From contig MU058432.1 of the NCBI GenBank assembly GCA_013265495.1, positions 137,985 through 201,984 of the forward strand: a DNA stretch of 64,000 bases. Reading direction: 5' to 3'. The notes beneath the pieces were generated by a model. That model was not told the DNA's origin. It saw only the letters and a program-made list of their open reading frames with translations, and searched no databases. This document shows positions 37,501 through 48,107 of the stretch, one piece after another. Numbering within the stretch: the first letter of the stretch is position 1; each line of letters starts with the position of its first letter. The position numbers were made by a program, and so were the translations under genes. The stretch is from Vicugna vicugna. Lineage: Eukaryota.

Positions 37501-40500
37501 GGATGTGCCCACTTGCAGACCACACCCTCCACCCCCATCCCTCCTGGATACCAACAATCCTGAAATTTCTTGCTCAAGTAGAAAAAGCTGGTAGGAATGG
37601 GGAGCTTGGACTTGAAAACTGGTTTGTCCAGGCACAAGATCATCATGCTCTTTATGGTGAACGAGAAGGTGGGGAGGGGAGAGGAGGTGAGCTGGGGACC
37701 AGGGTGGGAATCTCAGTGCTGGCACTGCCTGGCATGGGATTCTGAGCAGTGTGAAAATTTCAGGCCTTCTAGGTCATTCTGAAGGTACATTTGCCCAGTA
37801 AGACAAAGATTCCATCTTAACTTTTTTGTTTTTAGCTTAATGTGTACCTTTAATTTTTATTTTTAATGCTTTTTGGGGGGGGTGTGATTTAGTTAGTTAG
37901 TTAATTTACTTACTTATTTACCAGATGTACTGAAGAGTGAACTCATGACCTCATGCATGCCAAGCATACACTCTACCACTGAGCTATATACCCTCTTAAT
38001 GTGTCACTCTTAAATATTGAGCCATATTGTCCTGGACCCTGCAAATGTCAGGCAGCAGGCCCCTCACCCTGGGCAAGAGCAGAAGTTGGGAGGTGACTTC
38101 CGGGGGTAGGAGCCACATGCCGCTATAAGCAGAGTCCACAGATGGCTGGAGCTCCCCAGACACGAAAACCCTTAGAGATCCAGGGCTAACCTGGCCTGCC
38201 CTCCCTAGAGTCTCTGGTTTGATGGAGCACAATACACGGAGGCAAAATTAACTGAAAAAGCAAACAAAAGAAAATAACAAAAAAAATTTTTATCATTAAC
38301 ATTAAAGAGGCTTTTCAGTTCATAATTTCTCAGCGCTATGTCTCATACGCCCCCTTCTCTCTCTTCACACTCTTTTATACCCCACTCTGCTTGAAGCTAC
38401 TCTGTCCAATATGTCTATTTAAATTTAATTAAAATTAAAAAGAAAATTAAAAGTTTGGTTCCTTGGTTGCACTCTTCTCATTTCAAATGCTCAATAGCCA
38501 CACATGGCCATTGGCCACTGTTCTGGACAGTGTAGATATAGACATACTGCTCCCTGCAGAAAATTCTATGGAACAGCACTGCTCTAGAGTCTTTTATGGT
38601 AAGATGGATGCAAATCAAAACTAAAGTGTATTGGTGAGAGTTTGGGCAACTGGCATTCTCATCTGTTCCTGATGAGTAAATTAAACGTAACTTCTTTAGA
38701 GGGTGAGTTGATAATATAGAATAAAAATTTAGATCACACCAACTCTTTGATCCAGCAATTCCTGGATATCTTCCTACATGTGTAATTGTATTTGTATCCG
38801 CTCATTCACTGCAGCATTCCCTGTGATAATAAATGATTAGAAGTGACTGAAATGCTCATGGATCCTGGTATGTCCATGAAACGGATGTACATAGAATATG
38901 TTGTTCTAACAGACACTAATAGGAAAAGCTCTTCAAGATGTAGCTTTGAGAGAAAAGAAAGAAAGATGTAGAACATTAGATGTAGAATGCTGCCGTGGGA
39001 AGAAAAAGGTGCATTTGGGTATGTTTGGAAATACACAGACCATCTGGAAAGGTACACAAGAAAGGGGTAACTGTGGCTGCCTCCAAGGAGTTGAGTGGGG
39101 CGGCGAGGAGGGGAGGCTAGAGAGGAGAGGATGATACACTTTCCACTCTCTACATTTTGCATTTTATACCAGGGGCATATGTTATTTATTTCAAAAGCTA
39201 TATAATTTAAAACAAATAAACATAAGTGAATAAAAACAATGAGAAAGAACAGAAAAAGATGGGTTCTTAAATTCACTTTTGCCCTGAAAAGAGAAAACTC
39301 TGCAAAAAACCAAACATTCCAATTTAAAAATGTGCGAAAAACCTGAATAGATATTTTTCTAAAGAAAATATACAAATCGCCAATAGGGACGTGAAAAGAT
39401 GCGCAGCATCATCTGTCATTAAGGAAGTGCAAACCACAACCACTGTGAGGTATCTTATGCCTGACAGAATGGCCATCAAGTGTTGGTGAGGGTGTGGAGA
39501 AAAGGGAACCTTGCACACTGTTGGTGGGATTGTAAACTGGTACAGCCACTATGGAAAACAGCCACTATTAAAAACAGAACCACCAGTGGAATCTAAAAAA
39601 CAAAAACAAACAAACAAACAAAAACAAAGCATAAATACAGGACAGAAATAGACTCATGGACAGAGAATACAGACTTGTGGTTACGGGGGGGTAGAGGGTG
39701 GGAAGGGATAGACTGGGATTTCAAAATTGTAGAATAGATAAACAAGATTACACTGTATAGCACAGGGAAATATACACAAAATGTTATGATAAATCACAGA
39801 GAAAAAAAAGTGACAATGAGTTTGTATATGTTCATGGATGACTGAAAAATTGTGCTGAACACTGGAATTTGACACAACACTGTAAAATGATTATGAATCA
39901 ATAAAAAATGTAAAAAAAAAAACAGAACTACCATATGATCCAGTAATTCTACTTCTGGGAATATATCCAAAGGAAACACAAACACTAACTAGAAAAGATA
40001 CCTGTACCCTCACGTTCATAGCAGCATTATTCCCAACAGCCAAGATATGGCAACAACTTTAAGTTTCCATCAATGAATGAACAGATAAAGAAGTTGTGAG
40101 ATTATACAAATACATATATATATATAACCCATAAAAAAACCCAAAGCAAAACAAGGAAATTCTTCCATTTATGACAACATGGATGGACACTGAGGACATT
40201 ATGCTAAATAAGTCAGAGAGAGAAAGACAAACACTGTGTGATCTTTCTTATGCGTGGAATCTAAAACAAACAAACTCTTTAAAAAATGATCAGACTGGTG
40301 GTTACCAGAGGTGGGGGGAAAGGGGAATTGGAGAACAGTGGTCAAAAGGTATGAACTTCCAGTTATAAGATAAAAAAGTACTACGGATGTACTACAACAT
40401 GGCGACTGTAGTTAACATTGCTACACGTTATATGCGGAAGTTAAGAGAGTAACTCCTAAGCGTTCTCATCACAAGGGAAAAACTGAACTTACTGCAGTCA

Positions 40501-42815
40501 TCATTTCACAATATACGTAAAACCAAACTATTACGCTATACACCTCCAACTTACACACTGATGTATGTCAATTATGTATCAATAAAACTGAGAAAAAGGC
40601 TTATTATACAAAATACGCAAGCCAACCTCACTGTATAACCACAAAGCGAGTTCTGACCGGAAGAGAAAGGCGGGTACTTTGAGGAAGCAAGTGGCCACCC
40701 GGCTAAGTGTGGGAGCATTATTTCCTCCTCGCCCTTTGAAGTTGCCCTCAAGCCTCTCTCTGTGCCCCTCTGATGCCCAAGGCAATGGTACCTAAAGTGG
40801 AAGGGAATTATTAAGAGTGTGTACCTTGTGCAGATCAACAGATCTCCCTGCCTTCTCAACTGAATCTCATAAACACTCTTAAGCCTGCCTTTGCTGCAAG
40901 AGGTTTTCTTTTCTTTTCTGTTTTAGCCTTGGGCTTCGGTTTCTATTAAAATGCAGAGCACCCTGGATAGGTTAAAAGCACTGCTCTCAGTTATTTAAAG
41001 TGAGACAAACACAACTTTACCCTGCCTTTTTTGACAATGAGCTTTGATGGAAAAATGAGCTCCAGGGGGAGGAAAGGTAGGATGGAGTGGGAAATTCACG
41101 AACTAGGGAAAGGAGAAGAGGACTTGAAGGCTGAAGGCTCAAGATACATTTCCACATTTTACCTAAGGCCTACCTCCAAAACAAATAAACCAAGTGGTTT
41201 ACTGCCATTTTTTCTTAGGTGTGGAACGCATAGGAGGAGGAAAGACATCAACAAAGACCTGGAACTTTGTGTACAATTGCTGGCCTTTCTTATTTTATCA
41301 ATAATCCTAACTTGCTTGTAATGAATTCTTACTAAGTGATAACTGCTTTTATTGTGATAGTTGGTGTATCAGTATGGAGCAGGAGGAAAGGGGCAACGGC
41401 AGAACGAATCTATTTTCAGTAAGCCCTTCTCCCTCCTATCAAAGGAAAGATGGGAAGTTGACAGGCTGAAGGAAGAAGGGAAGACATAATGGGGTGGGCA
41501 TGACCTCAACAGATTTCCAGTCTGTGCCCTTTCCCTCTGATGTGGGCCATGACACCCAGGAAAGGTCCTTTTTAACATCAAGGGACAAAAGATCACTGAA
41601 TCAGGAAAAAAAAGAAACCTGACTCTTGAACAGTGGTACTTTCAGAGAAAGACCTTGATCAAAAGTGAGAAATCAGAAAATTAATAAACAGAAACCTCAC
41701 TTAAAATGGAGGCAGGAAGTGGGGAGGGTATAGCTTAGTGGTAAAGTGCGTGCTTAGCATGCATGAGGTCCTGGATTCAATCACCAGTACCTCCGTTATA
41801 AACAAACAAAAAAACAAATAAGCAAGCTTATTTACCCCACCCCCGATCAAGGAAAAAAAAAACCAAAACATAAAAAACAATAAAATAGTGTTTGGGGTAA
41901 AGGCCACAAAATAACAAAAAATAATAATAAAACGGAGACAGGATGACAGAATGGGGCGTTCTCCTGCCCTACACACCACATCAGTTGCAGACCTAACAGA
42001 AAGAGATACCTTGCATCTCCAATAGGAAAAAAATGTTACCAATTTACTACCCAACAGGAAGAAGGATTTCTCTCTGCTCAGCAACAGTCCAGCCAAGAAG
42101 AGACTGTCACAACTCAGCCAATGAAAAGTCATACACTTCCAACTCCTAGCTTCCCCCCATAAACATCTTGTTTATAACAGCCCCTCCCAATTTCCCCTTC
42201 TCCTCTATAAAAGAATTTGTTTCTGTCCTTTGTTCTCCGGAGTTGCCTGTAGTTCACCACAGACTCCATGTCCTGAATTACCATTCTTTGCTGTTTCAGA
42301 ATAAACCCATTTTGCTGTGAAAAAACTGGCTGCTTTACTGCCTGAAGTCAACACCTTTAATGAAAGCTTATTAAGTGCCAACCTTCCTTATCTCCCATAT
42401 TCCTCATAAGAGGCAGGAACCAGTATTCCCAGTTCTCCCTCCCAGATACAAGAGGCATGGATGGGCTCAGTTATTTGCCTGAGGCCTCGCAGTAAGGGGC
42501 TGATTCGGAAGTGACATTCAGGACCCTGTTCTCCACATTCGTTAACAACTAAGAGGGCAGGAACCATGTCTGTTAATTCACTGCAGGTGCCACTCTGAGC
42601 ACACAGCACCCACAAGGGGAGTGTCAGGGAAGGTCTCGAAGTGCAGGCAGGAATGCAGAACAAGGGCAGGAATGAGGGAACGCAAGGAGGGATGCAGGAA
42701 TACGGGGGCTAACTGGAGGGAACTTGGGCAGGGACCCCGTACGCCTACCGGTGAGGAAGGGTGCCAGTGCCAGGCTGCAGGCCAAGAGGAGGCTGCTCCG
42801 AGCTGCTGGGCGCAT
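34388..42815 (-). CDS. LYPD9: Ly6/PLAUR-domain GPI-anchored protein, 144 aa, three coding exons (42815-42749, 36326-36150, 34578-34388); probable LYPD9 orthologue
   Basis: Exons of 67+177+191 = 435 nt join through two phase-1 GT-AG introns into MRPAARSSLLLACSLALAPFLT/VSWEIKMSDLEEKDVDELHSNGLKCPTCFAVMGRKCTNDLKWCRADKPKCVEFSGIINT/GLRDIAVEVKRCVQADLCEETVTYMGFPVANQSKTCRPAASNGSRVRPPTPIIFILFLEKLLS*. It has a signal peptide, 8 Cys in LU spacing and a hydrophobic C-terminal tail. The gene structure is well supported; the symbol rests on recalled synteny (between RoBo-1-like genes and ORs). Confidence 0.85.
36150..36326 (-). CDS. LYPD9: Coding exon 2 (acidic linker plus first half of the LU domain) of the LYPD9-like gene
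   Basis: (TTCC)n polypyrimidine tract then TTTCAACAG| acceptor; donor ACAG|GTGCTT; 177 nt, phase 1-1; contains NGLKCPTCF...C...WC...KC. Confidence 0.9.
36443..36731 (+). mobile_element. Young, short L1 3' insertion in a LYPD9 intron
   Basis: Perfect 17-bp TSD AGAATGAGCGATCTGCC at 36426-36442 and 36732-36748. Confidence 0.95.
37865..37995 (-). mobile_element. tRNA-derived SINE (Vic-1 type)
   Basis: ACTCTACCACTGAGCTATATACCCTC head (reverse strand) and T-rich tail. Confidence 0.85.
38395..38587. mobile_element. MER3/MER33-like hAT MITE
   Basis: TGCTCAATAGCCACACATGGC...TTCTGGACAGTG...TTCTATGGAACAGCACTG. Confidence 0.7.
39290..40600 (+). mobile_element. Older L1 3' region with a nested young L1 3' end (39586-39918)
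   Basis: The nested element is flanked by TSD AAAACAGAAC(C/T)ACCA and is highly similar to 36443-36731. Confidence 0.9.
41365..42353 (+). mobile_element. ERV1-type LTR interrupted by a SINE
   Basis: CCAAT (42118), TATAAAA (about 42206) and AATAAA (42300) in LTR order; ends TCAACA; the 5' boundary is approximate. Confidence 0.7.
41721..41885 (+). mobile_element. tRNA-derived SINE (Vic-1 type)
   Basis: GGGGAGGGTATAGCTTAGTGGTAAAGTGCGTGCTTAGCATGCATGAGGTCCTGGATTCAATC plus A-rich tail. Confidence 0.92.
42749..42815 (-). CDS. LYPD9: Coding exon 1 (signal peptide) of the LYPD9-like gene
   Basis: GCC-ATG start; encodes MRPAARSSLLLACSLALAPFLT; phase-1 donor ACCG|GTAGGC. An upstream acceptor CTAAC...TTTTTCACAG| places the exon start at 42837, implying a further 5' UTR exon. 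Confidence 0.8.
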
Positions 42816-42849
42816 GGCCGATGCCCTGACGAGCTCTCTGTGAAAAACA

Positions 42850-43400
42850 GCAGCCAGTTAGCCGAGGTCCGCGGGCAGGGACGCCCAGTCAGCCCAGGCT
42901 TCTCCCCGCCCCCCTCCCAACCCCGCCACCCCCGCCCTGGCCCCCACCCCCTTAAACAGTCTTTCTCCTGCCTGCGCACCCCTCCCGGGCCCTCAGAGCT
43001 GGGGCTTTGGAGGCACCTTGGGTTCGGAAATGTGGCCTATCCCTGCAGGCCTGGGGCTGCTTCCGCCTTGTCCGCTACGTTCCTCAAGGCTCTGTGAGCG
43101 ACCCGGCTGCGTCTGGTCCCCCTTGTGAGCCGTGTGGCCAGGCGGGTGGCCACGCGACCCGGCACCTGCACGCGGTGTTGCAATGCGGGCCACCGCTCTT
43201 CCTGGCGTGGGCCAGAGGGCACTGCGCAAGTGCAGGGGCGGGGGGGGGGGCTCCTGCTTCCCGGTTGGTCTATCTCCATTGGCCCCTCCTCCTGCTCTTC
43301 CCGCCCTCTCTGGGAGCCCTGGCCAATGAGATGCTGGTGCCTCAGCGTTCACGTGACTGGAGAGCGCCTGGTGGGCTGTTTCCACAGTTTAGATAACTGA
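42850..43400 (-). promoter_or_regulatory. CpG-rich promoter/5' UTR region of the LYPD9-like gene
   Basis: Locally CpG- and GC-rich; CCAAT boxes at 43278-43282 (-) and 43323-43327 (+); palindromic E-box TCACGTGA 43349-43356; GC box 43235-43243; NRF1-like TGCGCAAGTGCA 43223-43234. Confidence 0.65.
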
Positions 43401-43879
43401 GAGAATCCAGACGAGCTGGCCTGGGTGTTTTCGTGGTTCTGTAGTGCCCACCCACCTATCCCATTAAAGATGCCTTACTAGGGTTGATCGTCTTCCCCAC
43501 CAACCTGGTACCTCTGAGGAGAAGGTAACTATATGCTTAATTCTTTGATCAGCCCTGCCACCCTCCCCTCCAAGTGGTCAATGCATCTATAGTGACTCTG
43601 GCACCTCAGAGAATTTTCCAACATATTCCACACCTCGTTGACAGTGAAACCAGGGACCGAGCACTTGGAGAGTCAGGGGAACCTTGTGCACAGGCGGAAT
43701 TTACCATTTGCCCAGTCCCTAGCACTGTGCCTGGGACATAGATGCACTGTCAATATGTGTTGAATGAATGAAAGTTCCTTTCTGCCTTTCAGCAGGAGAG
43801 TGTCAGAATGCTTCCTGTTCCCCTATTGCTGTTTTCAGACCTTGCTTCTGCAGCAGCTGCAAAAAACATTACTCTTTTT

Positions 43880-44312
43880 TGAAAGCAACCAAAATGTTGA
43901 TTAAGGATGAATGGATAAAATGTGGTTTATACATGGTGGAGTATTATTCAGCCTTAAAAAAGAGGGAAAGCCTGCCTTATGTATGGATGGCCCCTGAGGA
44001 CATTTTCCTGAATGAAATAAGCTAGTCACAAGAAAGGCAAATGCTGCATGATTTCACTTACATGAGGCATTGAAAGTAGTTGAACTTGTCAAAAAAGAAA
44101 GTAGAATGATGGTTGCCAGGGGCTGGGGGAGTAGTGTGGAGAGGAGGAAAAGGGCAATTGCTCAATGGAACAGAGTTTGGGTTTTGAGATATGAAAAAGT
44201 TACAAGAATATATTGCACAATGAAGAGAATATAGTACACACTACTCTATTGTACACTTAAAAATGATTAAGATGGACAATTTTACTTTTTTTTTAAGCCA
44301 CAGTTTAAAAAC
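43880..44312 (+). mobile_element. Old L1 3' end
   Basis: DEWIK...EYYSALKK peptide and GGTTGCCAGGGGCTGGGGG motif. Confidence 0.85.
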
Positions 44313-44460
44313 TCTACTCTGATATTTACTAGGTCATTTCTGACAACACATCAAGTGTTTTGATCCTTGGTTTATAACCTCTTTTTTTTTTTTTACAGCA
44401 CTGTGCAAAAATAACTTACTCCAATGATGAAAATGATCTATGCCAGTGCTAATATAGTAT

Positions 44461-44918
44461 TGTAATGGGTTGAGTGGTGGATCCCAAAGATATGTCCACA
44501 TCCTAACCCACAGACCCTGGGAATATTATCTTATATGGCAACAGATTTGATTACGTAAAGGATATTGAGAAATGTATCCTAGATTATCTGGGTGGGCCCT
44601 AGATGCAATCACACGTATCCTTGCAAAAGAGAAGCAGGAGGAGTTTTGAGACAGACACAGAGAGGAGAAGACTCATAGAAGAGGACAGGGCCATGAGACT
44701 ATAGAAACAAAGGTTGAAGTGATGCTGTCACGAGCAAAGGGATGCTGACCACCACCAGAAGCTGGAAGAGGCAGGGAACAAATTCTCCCCTAGAGCCTCT
44801 GGAGGGAGGGTGGCTCTGTCAACACGCTTGACTTCAGAACTGTGAGAGAGTATATTTCTGTTGTTGTGAGTCATGCAGTCAACAATAATTTGTTATAACA
44901 ACCCTAGGAACTAATATA
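44461..44918 (+). mobile_element. MaLR LTR (MLT1C/D-like)
   Basis: TGTAATGGGTTG start; CCACCAGAAGCTGGAAGAGGCA; TTCTCCCCTAGAGCCTC; CCCTAGGAACTAATATA end. Confidence 0.85.
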
Positions 44919-45497
44919 AGGAACCTACATTGCTCTTGAGATGACCACACATTTTAGAATGTGGCTATTTAGAGGGAAACTAAAATTTTAATTTAATTTA
45001 ATTTAATTTATACTCAAATAGCCCAGACTTTGGAGCTATCAGGTTGAGTTGTTCTCCTCTGCATTTTGCCCGCGTTCCATTGCCACGCAGTCACAGAATA
45101 GAATTCCTAACTCCCAGACAACTGTCCCTGAATGGACTCTGCCATTCCTCATGTTCTAACTCCCACTTCAGGCCATTCCAACCTTCTCACTGCTGCTTCC
45201 GCTGCAGCTCATCCAAAATGGTGTCTCAGCTTCTTTTCATTTATTGTCCCTCCCGGGAGCCTCTTGTTTTTAGGCCTTTTTTCTTCCGAATTGGCTCCCC
45301 GCCCATGGAATTTTAATACCACTGGTATATTATTTATCTGTTTATGTGCTGTGACCCTTTGGAGGGCCACACACCATTGTAATATCTAAGATGTCTTCCA
45401 CCTCCCTCAAAAAATGCTCCAATTAGAAAACTTAAAAAATTAAAAATCACCCTCTTCCTTCTAATAATGGCCTCCGTTGAGAATACATGTCCTAGCC

Positions 45498-45729
45498 CAG
45501 TGACTCTCAACTGGTGATGATTTATTGATTTATTCCCTAGGGGACATTTGGCAACATACCCAGAGACATTTCTGGCTGTCACAACTGGGGGTGCTATTGG
45601 AATCAAGTGAGTAGAGGTCGGGAATGTCGCTGAGCTTGCCAAACAATGCACAGGACAGCTTCCCTCACCCCCACAACAAAGAATTATCTGGTCCAGAATG
45701 TTAGTAGAACTGAGGTTGAGAAACCCTGT
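45498..45729 (+). mobile_element. MER20 hAT MITE
   Basis: CAGTGACTCTCAAC...GGGGACATTTGGCAA...GAGGTTGAGAAACCCTG. Confidence 0.9.
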
Positions 45730-46332
45730 GCTAGACCAACCAACTAGACAACCGGGGACACACATATAGTCCCACATAATTAAGTTTCTCAGTTTGAGTA
45801 AGAACTCTGGGGCATCTCCCCAAACAGAGAATTATTACAGGATCTGGTGGAAGGATGACACTTGGGAGAAATTTATCTGAAGCTCAAAGTGAAGCATAGC
45901 TGTATGTAAACAGACTATGTCAGACCTGGACTGTGAGGCGGACCCCAAAATGACAAAGTTAGGATAGAAGTGAATACTTAGAAATCCCTTAGCTGCACCT
46001 TGGCTCCTAGGTTGGAGATCAGGGATGCTTGTCTGTCAAAGTGACTTAGATTTTCTAGGCAAGTTTCTCGGTAAGTTAAGAAAGCAAGAGTCACTTAGCT
46101 TTACAGCTGAAGGCTGCCCTGGAAGAAATAGTTTCCTGTTAACTTTGCAGCTGGCGTTTATTTACGTCTGCCCTCCCAGCTTGATCAATGGTGGGGAGGT
46201 TTTGAACTCTTTAAATTAGCTCTGTTTGAGCTGATGTTTAGTTTTGCAGGCCCCATTAAAACCTTGATGCTTTAAACTCACCTTCTTTTATTTTTCACTA
46301 TTTATTTATTAATTTAATTTAATTTTTATATA

Positions 46333-47049
46333 TTTTTATTGAAGTATAGTCAGTTTATAATGTTATGTCAATTTCTGGTGTACAGCACAATGCTTCAGTC
46401 ACACAGGAACATACATCCATTCATTCTCATATTCTACTTCACCATAGGCTACTACAAGATGTTTGCTTTTGTGTGTGTGTGTGTGTGTGTGTCGTGTGTG
46501 TGTGTGTATTGCATGGGGGACCTAGGCTTGTTCTGATCTGTACACCCTCCCAGCTGTGGCGCACAGCACACTGCAGTCCCCTGAGGTTGCCTCTGCACAA
46601 TTGGCCTGAGTCCTCTGCCCAGGCAGTCTGTCCTGTCCCACATCTGCCGCTTTGCCTCTAGGGCTGGGGGTCTCAGAGACCCTTTGTGCCCCTTTAACTT
46701 AGTTCGGTTGGTCAAGGGCTCTTCCATGCAGATCCCAGCCTTGGAGGCTCCCCCTCAGCCCTGCTGACCTCTGCATTGGAGAAGGGGAGACACAGTGATG
46801 AAGCGCTATTCCTCCTTTGCCGTTCTTTCCCCACGGGACGGGTCCTGCACTATTTTCCTTTTTCTTCTTCCTTTTTCCCTTTTCTCCTGCCAGATTTGTG
46901 GCGACTTTTGTCTTTTGAAGAAGATGGTGTTCTGTCAAAGTTCAGCAGGTGTTCTGTGGACGGATGGGTCCGTGGATGTCAGTCTTGGTGTATTTGTGGG
47001 AGACGGTGAGCTACGAATATCCTTTTACTCTGCCATCTTGGCTGCCTCC
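46333..47049 (-). mobile_element. L1 5' UTR joined through a (CA)n tract to an L1 3' terminus
   Basis: On -: starts GGAGGCAGCCAAGATGGCAGAGTAAAAGGA (L1 5' end) and ends ...GACTATACTTCAATAAAAA. Confidence 0.8.
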
Positions 47050-47658
47050 TATATTTTTAAATTTAGAAGTGTACATAATAAAATTGTATAAGCCATATGT
47101 ATAAAAGCATAAAAATGATATATGAGTACAAGTAGGAGACTGGAGAAAAGAAGGGTTATATACAAATAGTTCATTGAATAAGTGATCTTTCATCTTTCAG
47201 ACGTGAAGAATGAGCCAGAGCCATTAAAAATGAATTGATGAATGAAAAGCAAAGACAGAAATGATAACTTTAAAAATAACACACATCAATCAAGGAATTA
47301 TTCATAGGATGACAAATGGATGTCAGTCTTGGTGTATTTGTGGGAGACAGTGAGCTACGAATATCCTTTTACTCTGCCATCTTGGATGCCTCCTTTATTT
47401 TTAAATTTAGAAGTGTACATAATAAAATTGTATAAGCCATATGTAAAAAGCATAAAAATGATATATAAGTACAAGTAGGAGACTGGAGAAAAGAAGGGTT
47501 ATATACAAATAGTTCATTGAATAAGTGATCTTTCATCTTTCAGACGTGAAGAATGAGCCAGAGCCATTAAAAATGAATTGATGAATGAAAAGCAAAGACA
47601 GAAATGATAACTTTAAAAATAACACACATCAATCAAGGAATTATTCATAGGATGACAA
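46973..47658. repeat. Direct tandem duplication, two copies of about 343 bp
   Basis: Copies 46973-47315 and 47317-47658 differ by 4 substitutions and one 1-bp indel, counted by eye. Confidence 0.97.
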
Positions 47659-47687
47659 TTAGTTTTGGACTATGTGGCCCAATACAC

Positions 47688-47826
47688 TGGTTGAAGGGTA
47701 GAGTTCATTTACACGGGAGGGGATAGCATGCTTGCATTGCTGGGTTAAATTCCCAGTACCTCTCTTACAAATTTAAATAGATAAATAAACATAATTACCT
47801 CCCCCACCAAAAAAGTTTAAAAAAAC
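47688..47826 (+). mobile_element. Degenerate Vic-1-type SINE
   Basis: TAGCATGC...CTGGGTTAAATTCCCAGTACCTC...TAATTACCTCCCCC plus A tail. Confidence 0.75.
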
Positions 47827-48107
47827 AGTGGAGACCATTTATTTCTGCATAGATGTTATAGTCAAAACTCATGTAATTTCCTCATAAGCTAAAGATAGGT
47901 GACACATTAAGGTTGTACTCAACTGAAGTCACATTATGGAGATAACAACTTTATCTCAACAGACAAATGTCAATATGCATGTGTCCTAAGATCTTGCTGC
48001 TCCTTTATGCTGTTACATTTCCAGGATGACAATCCAGTGACTATGACTTCTTTTAACATTGAGGTTGGGACATCCCCAAGAGTGACACTGTAGAACATGG
48101 CATCTTC

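Noticed and set aside
38063..38120. MWLLPPEV... with donor GTGAGG as the LYPD9 first exon
   Set aside because: Phase 0 is incompatible with exon 2 and the signal peptide is poor; 42815-42749 fits properly.
38806..39375. 189-aa hydrophobic ORF
   Set aside because: Antisense read-through of A-rich L1 relics.
41721..41795. tRNA-like sequences (also at 19550, 37930, 61770)
   Set aside because: SINE heads with A-rich tails and several diverged copies; not tRNA genes.
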